NCBI GenBank assembly: GCA_963765675.1
Contig: CAVXXK010000003.1
Coordinates: 96,001-160,000, forward strand
Direction of reading: 5' to 3'
Origin: an uncultured delta proteobacterium
GTDB taxonomy: Bacteria > Desulfobacterota > Binatia > Binatales > Binataceae
DNA: 64,000 nt
The position numbers and the translations under genes were made by a program. The notes under the pieces were generated by a model. The model was not told the DNA's origin. It ran no database searches and saw nothing but the letters and a program-made list of their open reading frames with translations. Positions 21,225-31,184 of this stretch are shown here, one piece after another. Every line of letters begins with the position of its first letter. The stretch's first letter is position 1.

Positions 21225-22007
21225 CTACGCTACGACGGCGCCGTAGCCGGTCCAGTAGATCAGGAAATAGCCGGCGCCGATTGCGAACAGGGCGGCGAAT
21301 GCGAGCATGTCCGCCGGGCGAAATGGATAGTCAATGTAGGTTGTCGGACGCGCAAGGCGGCCGAAGCCGCGCGCTTCGAGCGCCATCGCCATGCTGTTGG
21401 CCTTGCGCAGCGCACCCATGAAGACCGGGATCGCGACGGTCGCGTAGCGGCGCATCCGCTCGAAAATATTGCCCTCGCTGAATTCGTATCCGCGCAGGCG
21501 CTGCGCATCGACGATCGTCAGCGCGGAATCGACGAACAGCGGCGCCAGCCGAAACGACAGCGACACCGCAAACCCGACACGATACGGCACGCGCAGCTTC
21601 GCGAGGCCGATCGTGAATTCTTCAACCTTGGTTGTCGAGATGAACAGCACCGACGCCGCCAGCAGCTCCGCGAGCTTGATCCCTTTGCCCAGCCCGAACA
21701 GGATCGACGCCTTGCGGATATTCACCTTCGGCATGTGGACCATCGCCGGCCCCGGCTGGTACGTGGCCATCCACATCAGCGTGGTCGAGGTGATCAGGAT
21801 GATGAACAGCCACCTGAGCGCATAGAAATTTCCCGACGAGCCGGTGATCACCGCGATAAACAGCAGGAGAAATCCGAGCGGCAGCAGCGCAACCGGATTG
21901 TCCACCCAGTACACCGACCAGAACATCACCAGCAGCGCAATCACCTTGACCGTCGGATGCATCCGATGGACGAAAGTGTCGCGCTCGATATACCGGTACA
22001 GAGGCAT
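21225..22007 (-). CDS. ECF transporter transmembrane component EcfT
   Basis: Starts MPLYRYIERDTFVHRMHPTVK overlapping the ATPase stop; AQRLRG and ALEARGF coupling motifs. Confidence 0.9.
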   Translation of the reverse strand: MPLYRYIERDTFVHRMHPTVKVIALLVMFWSVYWVDNPVALLPLGFLLLFIAVITGSSGNFYALRWLFIILITSTTLMWMATYQPGPAMVHMPKVNIRKASILFGLGKGIKLAELLAASVLFISTTKVEEFTIGLAKLRVPYRVGFAVSLSFRLAPLFVDSALTIVDAQRLRGYEFSEGNIFERMRRYATVAIPVFMGALRKANSMAMALEARGFGRLARPTTYIDYPFRPADMLAFAALFAIGAGYFLIYWTGYGAVVA

Positions 22008-23758
22008 CAGGCGCGCTCCTTCACCCAGTCGGCGAATTCCCGCGGCGAGAGCGCCAGGTGTCCGAACTTGCGCGCGAGCCGCGTCACTTCGGGCGGACGA
22101 AACGAGGCGGTCTTGAGCAGCTCCTCGTCGGCGAAGAACTCGCGCACCCCGCCGTCGAACAGCTTGCGCCCCTTGCGAATCAGCGCGACGCGCCGCGCGT
22201 ACTCGGCCACGAGCCACGGCGTATGCGTGATAATCACGATCGCTATTCCCGAGCGATTGAGCTCCGTCACCAGCGCCATCATCCGGCGCTGCTCGCGGTA
22301 GTCGAGGCCTGTCGTCGGCTCGTCGAGGATGAGCAGGCGCGGGCGCAACGCGAGCACGCTCGCGACCGCAAGACGCTGGCGCTCGCCCTTGCTCAAGAGA
22401 AACGGATCGCTCTCGCGCTCCGCGAGCAGGCCGACCGCGTCGAGCACCTCAACGCATCGGCGCTCGACCTCGTCAGGAGCGAGCTTGAAGTTGCGCGGAC
22501 CGAAGGCGACCTCTTCCCACACCGTCGCGGCGAAAATCTGATGGTCCGGGTTCTGGAAAACGTACGCGGCCTCGCGCGCGGTTTCGGCCGCACGCAGCGC
22601 CGCGCGATCGCGCCCCTCGAGCAGCACGCGCCCCGTCACCGGCTTCAGCAGCCCGACGATATGTTTGGCCAGCGTGGTTTTGCCGGATCCGTTCTGGCCG
22701 ACGATCGCGAGAAAATCTCCCGGCATGATCGCGAGGCTGATCGAGTCGAGCACTCGCGGTCCGCCGGTGTAGTTAAAGCTCACATCCTCGACCGTCGCGA
22801 GTGCCGTGGCGCCGTTCGTTTGCGGCGGAGCAGCTTCAATCTGCGGCGCAACGCTCCGCGCGCTCGATTCGAGACGCGGATACGCGCGCACGATCGCCGC
22901 GTACGCGTCATCGACGCTCTCAGCATGGCCGCCGATTGCGAGCATCGCGAGCGCACGGTTGAGACTCGGCGGATGCACCCCCGACTGCTCAAGCAGATCG
23001 AGATCGGTCATCACGACCGCGGGCGGCCCGACCGCGATCACCGCGCCCTCGCGCATCAGGATCACGCGGTCGGCGCGGCGCAGCTCTTCAGTTTCATGCT
23101 CGATCACGATCAGGCTGAGCCCGCGCTCGCGAAGCTGTGATATCAGCGCAAATACTTCCGCCTTGCCCTCGGGATCGAGATCGGTGGTCGGCTCGTCGAG
23201 CACGATCACGCGCGGGCTAAGCGCCAGCACCGACGCGATCGCGAGGCGCTGCTTCTCGCCGCCCGAGAGCGAGGTTGGATCGCGATGCTCAAAGCCGCGC
23301 AGGCCGACGGCCTCGAGCGCAGGCGTCATTCGCTGGTTCATCGTCGCGCGATCCATCCCGATTTGCTCCATCGCGAAGGCGACTTCGTGCGCGACGTTGG
23401 TCGAGAAAAGTTGTGCCTCGAAATCCTGAAACACCATCCCGACTTCCGCGGCGACGTCGCACACGCGCAGCCCGTCGAGCGCGCGCCCGCCGATACTCAC
23501 GGCGCCGCTGAAGCGACCGCCCTCGAACTCGGGAATGATCCGGTTGAGACATTTCGCGAGCGTCGATTTTCCCGCCCCCGACGCGCCCATGATGCCGATC
23601 ATCTCGCCGCGCTCCTGCCTGAAACCGACGGCGCGCAGAGCGGCGCGCACACCGTCCTGATAGGTGAAGCTGAGATCGGCTGCCTCGACGGCATGCTCGG
23701 CGCCGGCGCCGACAGGTCCGGCGGCATTCTCGGCGGAGATTTGCGGCTCGACTTTCAC
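22007..23758 (-). CDS. ECF transporter fused double ATPase (EcfA-A')
   Basis: Two Walker A motifs (GASGAGKS, GQNGSGKT), LSGGEKQR and LSKGERQR, two LDEPT. Confidence 0.93.
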   Translation of the reverse strand: MKVEPQISAENAAGPVGAGAEHAVEAADLSFTYQDGVRAALRAVGFRQERGEMIGIMGASGAGKSTLAKCLNRIIPEFEGGRFSGAVSIGGRALDGLRVCDVAAEVGMVFQDFEAQLFSTNVAHEVAFAMEQIGMDRATMNQRMTPALEAVGLRGFEHRDPTSLSGGEKQRLAIASVLALSPRVIVLDEPTTDLDPEGKAEVFALISQLRERGLSLIVIEHETEELRRADRVILMREGAVIAVGPPAVVMTDLDLLEQSGVHPPSLNRALAMLAIGGHAESVDDAYAAIVRAYPRLESSARSVAPQIEAAPPQTNGATALATVEDVSFNYTGGPRVLDSISLAIMPGDFLAIVGQNGSGKTTLAKHIVGLLKPVTGRVLLEGRDRAALRAAETAREAAYVFQNPDHQIFAATVWEEVAFGPRNFKLAPDEVERRCVEVLDAVGLLAERESDPFLLSKGERQRLAVASVLALRPRLLILDEPTTGLDYREQRRMMALVTELNRSGIAIVIITHTPWLVAEYARRVALIRKGRKLFDGGVREFFADEELLKTASFRPPEVTRLARKFGHLALSPREFADWVKERA

Positions 23759-24603
23759 ATCGCCACCAGCCCGGCGATCGCGAGAAAAATGAACGGACTC
23801 ACGATGATCGCGACCGACTTGTCATACGGCGCCGCGTTCATATAAGCCGGCAGGAATTTTGGCGCCCACAGCCCAACTGAAAGCAGATTGCCGAACGCCC
23901 ACGCCCCCGTTTCACCGACCACCAGCATCACCAGCCCGAGCCATCTGATAGGGACAGGACGCAGCTTCAGCTCAGGCATCACGTCGGTATAGAGCAGATG
24001 GCCCCGGCGCACGCGCGGATAGACCGCGAGCAGGATAAACGGCGAGAGCACGATCGCCGCGCTCATGTTGTTCAGGATAATCACGTTGCCGAGCGCCGCG
24101 AACGGCCGGAGCGCGAGCAGATTCTCGCCCCATCCGACCAGGTCGGCGCACAGCATGCTCGCGGCCATGCACGTGAAAAGATACTTCGCGATCTTCCATG
24201 GCGAGCGCGAGATCGGCGCCTCGCCCTCGGCGATCACCTGCCAGACCTTGTACGGAATCCATCCATAGCTGAGATTTGCCAGGAATCCGAAAAGATCGGA
24301 GGGCGACGCGCCGCCGAAGAAGTCGCCAATCGTGTTGCCGATTGCGCTCCCCCACGCGCCCGCGGGTCCGAACAGAAACGAGCACACGATCGGAATCGCG
24401 TTGGCCGGCCGAAGCTCGGTTACGCCGGGAATGAACGGCACCGCCTTGAACGGGATCAGCACCGCAGCGTAGAGCGCCGCCGAGATCGAGCACAACACGA
24501 TCATCCGCGTATTGCGCCACATCGCGGTGATGCCGTAGGTCGCGGGATGCGCGGCGGCGGCAGAAGGCGTAACCAGCTCGCGATGGTGTTCGGCGGAGAT
24601 CAT
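23755..24603 (-). CDS. ECF S component (QueT-like) with C-terminal membrane extension
   Basis: SAALYAA, TELRPANAIP, LFGPAGAWGSAIGN.IGD; first gene of the S-AA-T operon. Confidence 0.75.
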   Translation of the reverse strand: MISAEHHRELVTPSAAAAHPATYGITAMWRNTRMIVLCSISAALYAAVLIPFKAVPFIPGVTELRPANAIPIVCSFLFGPAGAWGSAIGNTIGDFFGGASPSDLFGFLANLSYGWIPYKVWQVIAEGEAPISRSPWKIAKYLFTCMAASMLCADLVGWGENLLALRPFAALGNVIILNNMSAAIVLSPFILLAVYPRVRRGHLLYTDVMPELKLRPVPIRWLGLVMLVVGETGAWAFGNLLSVGLWAPKFLPAYMNAAPYDKSVAIIVSPFIFLAIAGLVAM

Positions 24604-24691
24604 CGTGCCGCTGACCAGTATGCCGACCCCACCCGCCGATTCAAGCAGGGCCGATTGCAGACTCAATGACCAAAAGGAACAATAGAGGCCG

Positions 24692-25036
24692 ATGCCGATT
24701 TATGAATACGAATGCGCCGGATGCCGTCGGCGGACGAGCGTGCTGACCACTCGCGTCAGTGAGAGGGTTCGCGCCGTGTGCAGTCATTGCGGCGGCAAGA
24801 AGATGAAGCGCCTGATGTCGCGCTTTGCGATGCCCAAGTCGGAAGAACAGCGGATGGATTCGCTCGCCGACCCGTCGAAGCTCGGTGATCTTGACGAGAA
24901 TGATCCGAAGAGCGTCGCCCGGATGATGAAAAAGATGGGCCAGGAAATGGGCGAGGATTTCAGCGGCGAAGACTTCGACGAAGCCGTCGATGAAATGGAA
25001 TCGAGCGGCGACGACTCCGACGGCAACGATCTATAG
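24692..25036 (+). CDS. FmdB family zinc-ribbon protein
   Basis: MPIYEYECAGC...CSHCG; acidic DENDPKSVARMM tail. Confidence 0.88.
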   Translation: MPIYEYECAGCRRRTSVLTTRVSERVRAVCSHCGGKKMKRLMSRFAMPKSEEQRMDSLADPSKLGDLDENDPKSVARMMKKMGQEMGEDFSGEDFDEAVDEMESSGDDSDGNDL

Positions 25037-25103
25037 GCTCATTTTCGATTCCTCCTCTGTCGTATCGATGGCGCCCGCAAATCTCCGCACTAATCGCTTC
25101 GCG

Positions 25104-25133
25104 GAGATCCTTCGCCTGCGGCTCAGGATGACA
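25104..25133. repeat. Half REP (gagatccttcgcctgcggctcaggatgaca; TGTCA/CGTC-tagged type)
   Basis: Reverse complement tgtcatcctgagccgcaggcgaaggatctc resembles the other gtcat-ended repeats in this window. Confidence 0.6.
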
Positions 25134-25185
25134 GATGAAGAACTCCCCATTGGTCGACCGTGTCACGTATCGTCAGCAACCCGAT

Positions 25186-25295
25186 GGTCGTCATTTCGAG
25201 CCACAGGCGAGAAATCCCGAGGCGTCCATGCTTGGCGCGGGCGCCACGTGGCAGCGGCCTTTCGATCGGGATTTCCTTCGTTCGAAATGACGACC
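25186..25295. repeat. REPIN-like unit with 14-bp terminal inverted repeats
   Basis: ggtcgtcatttcga / tcgaaatgacgacc; internal gagaaatcccgaggcgt.catgct shared with the elements at 58348 and 63388. Confidence 0.75.
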
Positions 25296-25311
25296 GAGGG
25301 TTCAGCGACCA

Positions 25312-25704
25312 TCAAGGTCTTCCCAACTTTACCTCATCGAAGTATCTCATCGCGCAAACTACGTTGCCCTCTGTGTCTTTGAATTGGATCAACTCACCCA
25401 CGCCGGGAATCACGAACTTGGGTACAGTGATTCGGCCTCCAGCTTCCACGATCTCTTTGGCGATCGCGTCGACGTCATCGACGGAAATGGTGCACTCGAA
25501 GCCGACGGCACGCTCGCCGTCCTTGGGACGGCCGTGCACTGCTCCGTGGATTCCGGGATCATTCTCTGTTCCCGTCGCGATCATGAAGAAGTCGGGCGGG
25601 CCCCACGCGGAGAATCGCCATCCGAATACCCGCTCGTAGAATATCCGCGCGCGCGCCACGTCATCCGCCTGGACATCGAAATGTGCAATATTTTTCGCGA
25701 CCAT
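25312..25704 (-). CDS. VOC/glyoxalase family protein
   Basis: IAHFDVQADD..RA..FYERVFGW, VDDVDA, IPGVG...FKDTEGN. Confidence 0.9.
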   Translation of the reverse strand: MVAKNIAHFDVQADDVARARIFYERVFGWRFSAWGPPDFFMIATGTENDPGIHGAVHGRPKDGERAVGFECTISVDDVDAIAKEIVEAGGRITVPKFVIPGVGELIQFKDTEGNVVCAMRYFDEVKLGRP

Positions 25705-25778
25705 CGTGATACCTCTTCAATCTATCGCCATTCATAGCACTTCGCGCGCGCGGCAGGCTTGCGCTAGATTGCCATCTG

Positions 25779-26552
25779 ATGGCGAAAAAGCGTCACTGGT
25801 TTTTCGATCCCGCGAAGTACAAGATCCGCGCCGGAACGCCGGGGGAATACGGCAACGGCCATCTGATCAAAACTCACTCGCATCCGTGGCATCAACTGAC
25901 GTACGCACCGCAAGGCGTGATGACGGTGCGCACTCCCGAGGGCGCCTGGATCGTTCCGCCGCATAGAGCGGTGTGGGTCCCGGCGCGTACCCGCCATTCG
26001 GTTCAGATGTCGGGGACGGTGTCGATGCGCGCGGTGTACTTTGTCCCGACGCTCGACGCGCGGCTGCCGGACCGATGCCGCGTGCTGGCGGTCTCCGCGA
26101 TGCTGCGCGAGTTGATTCTCCGCGTGGGCGAGCTCAAGGGACTGCGGCTCAGCATTCCGGTGCAGGCACACCTCGCTTCCGTGTTGCTCGACGAACTCCG
26201 CGTGATGAAAGCCGACGCGATAAGCCTGCCGATGCCGCGCGACGCGCGCGCCAGGCGAATCGCGGCGCTGCTCCAGCAAAGTCCCTCCGAACGCAGGCCG
26301 CTGGCCGAGTTGTCACGGGTCGCGGGCGCGAGCAAGAGAACCGTCGAGCGGCTGTTCAGATCGGAGACGGGGCTGGGGTTCGGGCGATGGCGCCAGCAGC
26401 TTCGGCTCGGCCACGCGCTGAGGCTCCTGGCCGCAGGTGACGCGGTGACGACCGCAGCGCTCGAGGTTGGTTACGACAGCACCAGCGCGTTCATCTCGGC
26501 ATTCAGGCAGACCTTCGGCCAAACCCCCGGGCAGTATTTCCGCCCGGCGTGA
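25779..26552 (+). CDS. AraC family regulator with cupin domain (RipA/NimR-like)
   Basis: HSHPWHQL, WIVPPHRAVWVP, SKRTVERLF..ETG, WRQQLR, GYDSTSAF; divergent from the VOC gene. Confidence 0.9.
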   Translation: MAKKRHWFFDPAKYKIRAGTPGEYGNGHLIKTHSHPWHQLTYAPQGVMTVRTPEGAWIVPPHRAVWVPARTRHSVQMSGTVSMRAVYFVPTLDARLPDRCRVLAVSAMLRELILRVGELKGLRLSIPVQAHLASVLLDELRVMKADAISLPMPRDARARRIAALLQQSPSERRPLAELSRVAGASKRTVERLFRSETGLGFGRWRQQLRLGHALRLLAAGDAVTTAALEVGYDSTSAFISAFRQTFGQTPGQYFRPA

Positions 26553-26562
26553 TTGTCCCGCA

Positions 26563-27951
26563 CTAATGCGTGCCCGGTAATCCGGCGCGCTGCTTGAATC
26601 CGGCCAGAATAATTTCCGCGAGCGCATCGTAGTTTCCGTCAAAATGATGGCCGCCGTTGCGGCGAAAGGTTTCCACGCCGCGCTGCGCCAGGGTCGGGCA
26701 GGCGGTATCGCTTTCGCTTTGCCCGTAAAAACATTGGATCAAATGGGGCGAGATCTTGTCCGCTTCCGGCAGAACGGCAAGCGCATGTTCTCCCGGTGGC
26801 CCGCCCAGCCATCCGCGAACCGAAATTTCGAAATCCGCGGATTTCGACAGTCCCAGCAACGCGATGAGCACCACGTGCGCGCGTAGGTCCTGCGGCAATC
26901 GGTTATACGCGAATGGCATCACGTCGGCGCCGAAGGAATATCCGATCAGCGCAACCTTGTCGGCGTGCCATTTGGCCATGAAGGTCTCGATCAACGCGGC
27001 GACCATGCTCGCGGTCTGGCCGGGCGTCTTGCCGCTCCAGAAATATCTCAGGCTGTCCAAACCAACGACGGGCACGCCTTGACGCTGAAAGTCTTCCGCG
27101 ATGGTCTTGTCGAGATCGCGCCATCCGCCGTCGCCCGACAACACGATCGCCATCAGCTTCGACGGATGAGCCGCCGGCATCACCGCGATCGGCAACCCGG
27201 AAATATCGGGCGCCGCTGAACTGCTCTTTGCCAATGGCGGAGGTTTGGCAAGATGCGGCTCGATCATCGACCGCAGCGCATCACCGGATGACATGCCAGC
27301 CGCAATCTGCCGCAACTCGAACGGCGCGCCCGCGCGACGCAATCTCAAGATATACTCGCGGTCGGACCGCCGAGCTTTGCGGGTGAGGCCGACGGTCCAG
27401 AAGCCGGGCAATTTCTTTGGAGCGCCGTAGCGAAATCCGTGATGGCGGGAGGTGGTCGATAGATCGGAGCACAATGGCTTTCGGCTCGCTACGGTCTCCG
27501 AGGGATCCAGCGCCACCGCGCCGGCGATCGTGACCGCAGGAGCTTCCGCCAGAACCATCTCGGCAACGGTTCCACCTTCCCCCGCTCCGGCGACAATCGG
27601 CGTCAGATAATTGGGAAACTTGTAGTCGCGCTGAATCTGGCGGCTTAGTCCCTCGGCGTCGGCGACCAGGGAGTGGCACTTCTCGTTGAGCTTGTCGAGC
27701 TGCTCCAGATACTTTGGGGTATCAACCACCGCTACGAAAGCTCCCGCCTTCGCGATCGCCGAAGCGGCAGCCTCATCCTCCGCGGAGACTCCCTTTCGGC
27801 TCGAAAAGAGAATCACTACACCTCGCGCCGAACCTGCGGGCTCAACCGTTTTGATACTGCCGTAGCGGCCGGTATCCAGCGCGTGAGCCGGCGACGCGAT
27901 CAGGCAACAGAGAAAGGTCAGCAGAGCCAGCGCGCGGCCGAGCCTGGTCAT
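26563..27951 (-). CDS. acvB: AcvB/VirJ family lysyl-phosphatidylglycerol hydrolase
   Basis: SGDGGWRDLD, SLRYFW, GYSFGAD, GGHHFDGNY; signal peptide; directly downstream of mprF. Confidence 0.9.
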   Translation of the reverse strand: MTRLGRALALLTFLCCLIASPAHALDTGRYGSIKTVEPAGSARGVVILFSSRKGVSAEDEAAASAIAKAGAFVAVVDTPKYLEQLDKLNEKCHSLVADAEGLSRQIQRDYKFPNYLTPIVAGAGEGGTVAEMVLAEAPAVTIAGAVALDPSETVASRKPLCSDLSTTSRHHGFRYGAPKKLPGFWTVGLTRKARRSDREYILRLRRAGAPFELRQIAAGMSSGDALRSMIEPHLAKPPPLAKSSSAAPDISGLPIAVMPAAHPSKLMAIVLSGDGGWRDLDKTIAEDFQRQGVPVVGLDSLRYFWSGKTPGQTASMVAALIETFMAKWHADKVALIGYSFGADVMPFAYNRLPQDLRAHVVLIALLGLSKSADFEISVRGWLGGPPGEHALAVLPEADKISPHLIQCFYGQSESDTACPTLAQRGVETFRRNGGHHFDGNYDALAEIILAGFKQRAGLPGTH

Positions 27952-30566
27952 GTGGGGGAAGGTCCCCGATAGCCGCTGGCGAGTGCCGCGACGTCGGCAA
28001 GGGTGATGAACGGACCGGCGGCGCCAGATACCGCAAGGTAGCGCGGCTCCCAGACCGGATGGAACTTATTCTTGAAGCGCCGCAGTCCCTGAAAATTGTA
28101 GATCGGTCTTCCATGTTCCCATACCAGGCCGGCGACCCGATGCCACTTTGACGACAGCGGCGTGCGCGCCATCCCGGCCAGCGGCGCCATCCCCAGGCTG
28201 AGCACTTTGAAGGCCCGGGCTTTCAGCTCCAGCGCCAACTGCGTGAAGATCAGGTCCATCGTATAAGGTGGCGCTCCCGGCACCTGGCGCATGAGTCCAA
28301 CCGTAGCCTCGGTCTGGTAACTGGTGGTCATGAAGGTAACGAACGCGAGCGGCTCTCCATTCTGGCATAGCAGCGCGGCTGATTGGGCGGAGATAAATCG
28401 CGGCTCATAGGCCGCCACCGAAAAACCCCGCTCGGCCGCGCGATGATTGGAGAGCCACCGGTCCGAAATCTGGCAAATAACATCCTGATCCGGTCCTGAA
28501 CGTTTCGGCGGCAAAATCTGGAATCTCAGTCCGTCTCGTTCGCCGCGCTTGAGCGCCTGACGCAGGCCGTAGCGCTCAGAACCCTCGAGGCTGAATTGGC
28601 TGAGATCGATGCATGCCTCTTCCCCGACTTTCACGACCCGAAGACCGGCATCGAGATAGAGCGGCAGGCTGTCGGGCCGAACCTGGTAGAACGCCGCGCG
28701 TCCACCATGCCGGTCCGCCAGCTCGACGAAGCGCCAGACCAGCTCCGGCCATTCCGCGTGCGGACCCACCGGATCGAATAGCGCAACCCAGCTCCGGCCG
28801 CGCTTGGCATACATCAGGAAGGAGTTTCCCGAGATCGAGAAGAGGAAACTCTTGTCGCCCATCAGCGCCAGCGTTGGGGCGCTGCGCTCCTGGCCGCAAA
28901 TGATTGCGGCGGCGCGCGCCAGGTCCTCCTCCGAAGGAGGATCGACGCGGCCCGGCGATGCGCGCAATAGCTGCCAGAGCGAAATGCCGAGCGCAAAGAT
29001 CGACGCGGCGAGAATCGCCCGCAACGATCGCGACGCTTTCGCGTCGAACTCGAACTGCCACCAGATTTCACGCCGGTATGTGACGTCATGAAAGGCAAAG
29101 AACAGGATCCCGATCGCGCACGCGATGACCACCGCAATCGCGATGAACCAGCCTAATCTGAACGGCTGATGCATGAACGCTGCGGGCCGGGTGAACTCGC
29201 GCCGCGTCGCGAGCAGGAGGCACACCAGGAAAACGACTGCCGCGGTCTCCCCGAACGCGAGGCCCTTGGCCAGGCAGAACGCCACGTTGACCAAGGCGGC
29301 TATCAACGCGAGCCACCACGCGCCGTCGAGCCGGTGATACAATCCGCGCGCGACGAAGAGCAGAAAGACCCCGGCCAGGGTCGCAAGCAGATGCGAGATC
29401 TCGACCGCCCATAGCGGCAGAACTCCTTGCAGCACCGCCAGTCGCCAATCCAGCGCGGGCGTCGCGCCCGATACCACCAGCATCGCTCCCACCACAAAGG
29501 TCACGGCGCTAAGAAAGATCGGCGCGAGCAATCCCGCTCCGAGCGCGATCCGTTCGCCCGCCTTCGAGCCGAAACGGCCTGGCGCGCTCCTGAGTTCCAG
29601 TCCGGCCAGGGTCGCCGTGGCAAGCAGGAGCGGCAGCACAAAGTAAACGCCCCGATAAATCAGCAACGCGGCAGCCAGCTCGTTGGACGGCACGAACCGC
29701 CTGAGAGCCACGAAGATGATCACGTCAAAAACCCCGAGACCACCGGGAATCCTGCTGACCGCCCCCAATGCGGTTGCCGCCGAAAAGACAACCGCAAAGC
29801 TGAAGAAATCGATCTCGCCGCTGGGAAACAGAAGCCACAATGCGGCGGCGGCAGCGGCCAAATCGGCGGCGCTCGCAAGAAGCTGAAGCGACGTGATCGC
29901 GAGCGAAGGCATCCCGATCCGCAGCCTCCCGATCGTCACGGACTTGCGCCGCCATGCGCACAGCAACAGCGTTGGGAGGATCGCGAGCAGGGCAGCCGCT
30001 CCGGTGGATCGAATTACGATGCTCGAAACCGGCAGGAGATGCCCCAAGCTGCCGCCCGAGAGCGCCAGAGTCGCCGCCATAAACACCGCAAGGCCAACTC
30101 CGAACGCGACGTGGATGAAGAGCATCACGCGTGCGGTCTGTTCCGGCCTGACGCCAAGAGCGCCATAAACTCGATCGCGAACCGCATCGGTGGTCAATGT
30201 CTTGAAGCTGATCGCGTTGCCCAGCGCCGACCCGCAAAACGATGCAAGCAACACGGCCGGCGTCGAGACCTTCACGCCGACATAGCTCAACGCTGACAGC
30301 TCGCACGCGGCCAGAGCCATATAGCTGACCACGGTCAGCAGCACCGTCATCCAGATCAGCTCGCGTGGCGTCTGGCGCAGCCCCAGCATCACGCTGTGGT
30401 AGTCGAGCGCGCGCGACAGGCCATGCAGAAAAACCAGCAACAGCGCGCAAGCGACGATCGCGACGGCGGGCCTGGCGAAACGGCACAGGACCTTCGCGCG
30501 GCTATTCAGCGAAGGCGCGGAATGGAGCAATCCTTCGGACATCCTGGCGATGGGTTCGTCAGCCAT
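27948..30566 (-). CDS. mprF: Bifunctional lysyl-phosphatidylglycerol synthase/flippase MprF (LpiA)
   Basis: Many TM segments, PGGLGVF, WWQFEF, MGDKSFLFS, DPVG, SLGMAPL, YNFQGLRRFKNKFHPVWEPRYL. Confidence 0.93.
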   Translation of the reverse strand: MADEPIARMSEGLLHSAPSLNSRAKVLCRFARPAVAIVACALLLVFLHGLSRALDYHSVMLGLRQTPRELIWMTVLLTVVSYMALAACELSALSYVGVKVSTPAVLLASFCGSALGNAISFKTLTTDAVRDRVYGALGVRPEQTARVMLFIHVAFGVGLAVFMAATLALSGGSLGHLLPVSSIVIRSTGAAALLAILPTLLLCAWRRKSVTIGRLRIGMPSLAITSLQLLASAADLAAAAAALWLLFPSGEIDFFSFAVVFSAATALGAVSRIPGGLGVFDVIIFVALRRFVPSNELAAALLIYRGVYFVLPLLLATATLAGLELRSAPGRFGSKAGERIALGAGLLAPIFLSAVTFVVGAMLVVSGATPALDWRLAVLQGVLPLWAVEISHLLATLAGVFLLFVARGLYHRLDGAWWLALIAALVNVAFCLAKGLAFGETAAVVFLVCLLLATRREFTRPAAFMHQPFRLGWFIAIAVVIACAIGILFFAFHDVTYRREIWWQFEFDAKASRSLRAILAASIFALGISLWQLLRASPGRVDPPSEEDLARAAAIICGQERSAPTLALMGDKSFLFSISGNSFLMYAKRGRSWVALFDPVGPHAEWPELVWRFVELADRHGGRAAFYQVRPDSLPLYLDAGLRVVKVGEEACIDLSQFSLEGSERYGLRQALKRGERDGLRFQILPPKRSGPDQDVICQISDRWLSNHRAAERGFSVAAYEPRFISAQSAALLCQNGEPLAFVTFMTTSYQTEATVGLMRQVPGAPPYTMDLIFTQLALELKARAFKVLSLGMAPLAGMARTPLSSKWHRVAGLVWEHGRPIYNFQGLRRFKNKFHPVWEPRYLAVSGAAGPFITLADVAALASGYRGPSPT

Positions 30567-30670
30567 GCGGGGTCATTCCCCGCAGGATGGCGCAACCCCG
30601 CCTGTAGTTTGTCACTTTGGACTTCTCCCCGCCATATCAGCGGGTTGCGCAGATCGTAAGCGCGCGAAGA

Positions 30671-30960
30671 CGGGCGCGTCCCGACGCGCCCCTACGAATT
30701 CAATCCGATTCCTCAGGGGGAGCGCTCGTTCGGCAATCAAGTCGCGACCACTGATGAATCTCAAGTGGCGCCGGCTTTGGCCGGTGCCGACCACAGGCTG
30801 AAGCCCGTGCCACCTAAGACTCAATCCTGTTCCTTAAGAGACGCGGCTCCCGAACCGCCTCTACGAGATCCTCTGCTGGATACCCTCGCCCACCGGGAGA
30901 GGGCAACGCGGCGCGGCGATTGCTTTTTTTCTGCAATCGCCGTGACGCGTGGGTGAGGGT
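30671..30960. repeat. Cluster of four different REP-like palindromes
   Basis: GTAG-type 30671-30695 and 30840-30867 (minus strand), GTGG-type pair 30765-30814, ccctctccc-type 30882-30960. Confidence 0.7.
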
Positions 30961-30989
30961 GCTGCTCTGGTCTTTCAATCGCGCGTTGA

Positions 30990-31160
30990 ATTTCAGTTTC
31001 TTTCTCAATCCTATGACGTGTACGACGAAGCCTTCGGTTATTTCTCCTCGGACAATAGCGCGGGCCCGCATGGCCGCCTTGATGAGCCTCTGCCCCCGAT
31101 TAGACATGACGCTTCACTCCCTTTCCGTACTCCCGAACGATGCTGCTCGAAATGCCCCTC
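30990..31160 (-). pseudogene. Decayed toxin-antitoxin remnant (toxin C-terminus plus antitoxin N-terminus)
   Basis: MSNRGQRLIKAAMRARAIVRGE...VVHV..LRKKL from 31107 resembles HigA/NadS-type antitoxin N-termini; preceded by an overlapping frame ...IVREYGKGVKRHV*. Confidence 0.55.
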
Positions 31161-31184
31161 GACGCGGCTGCCGCGCGCACGTTC

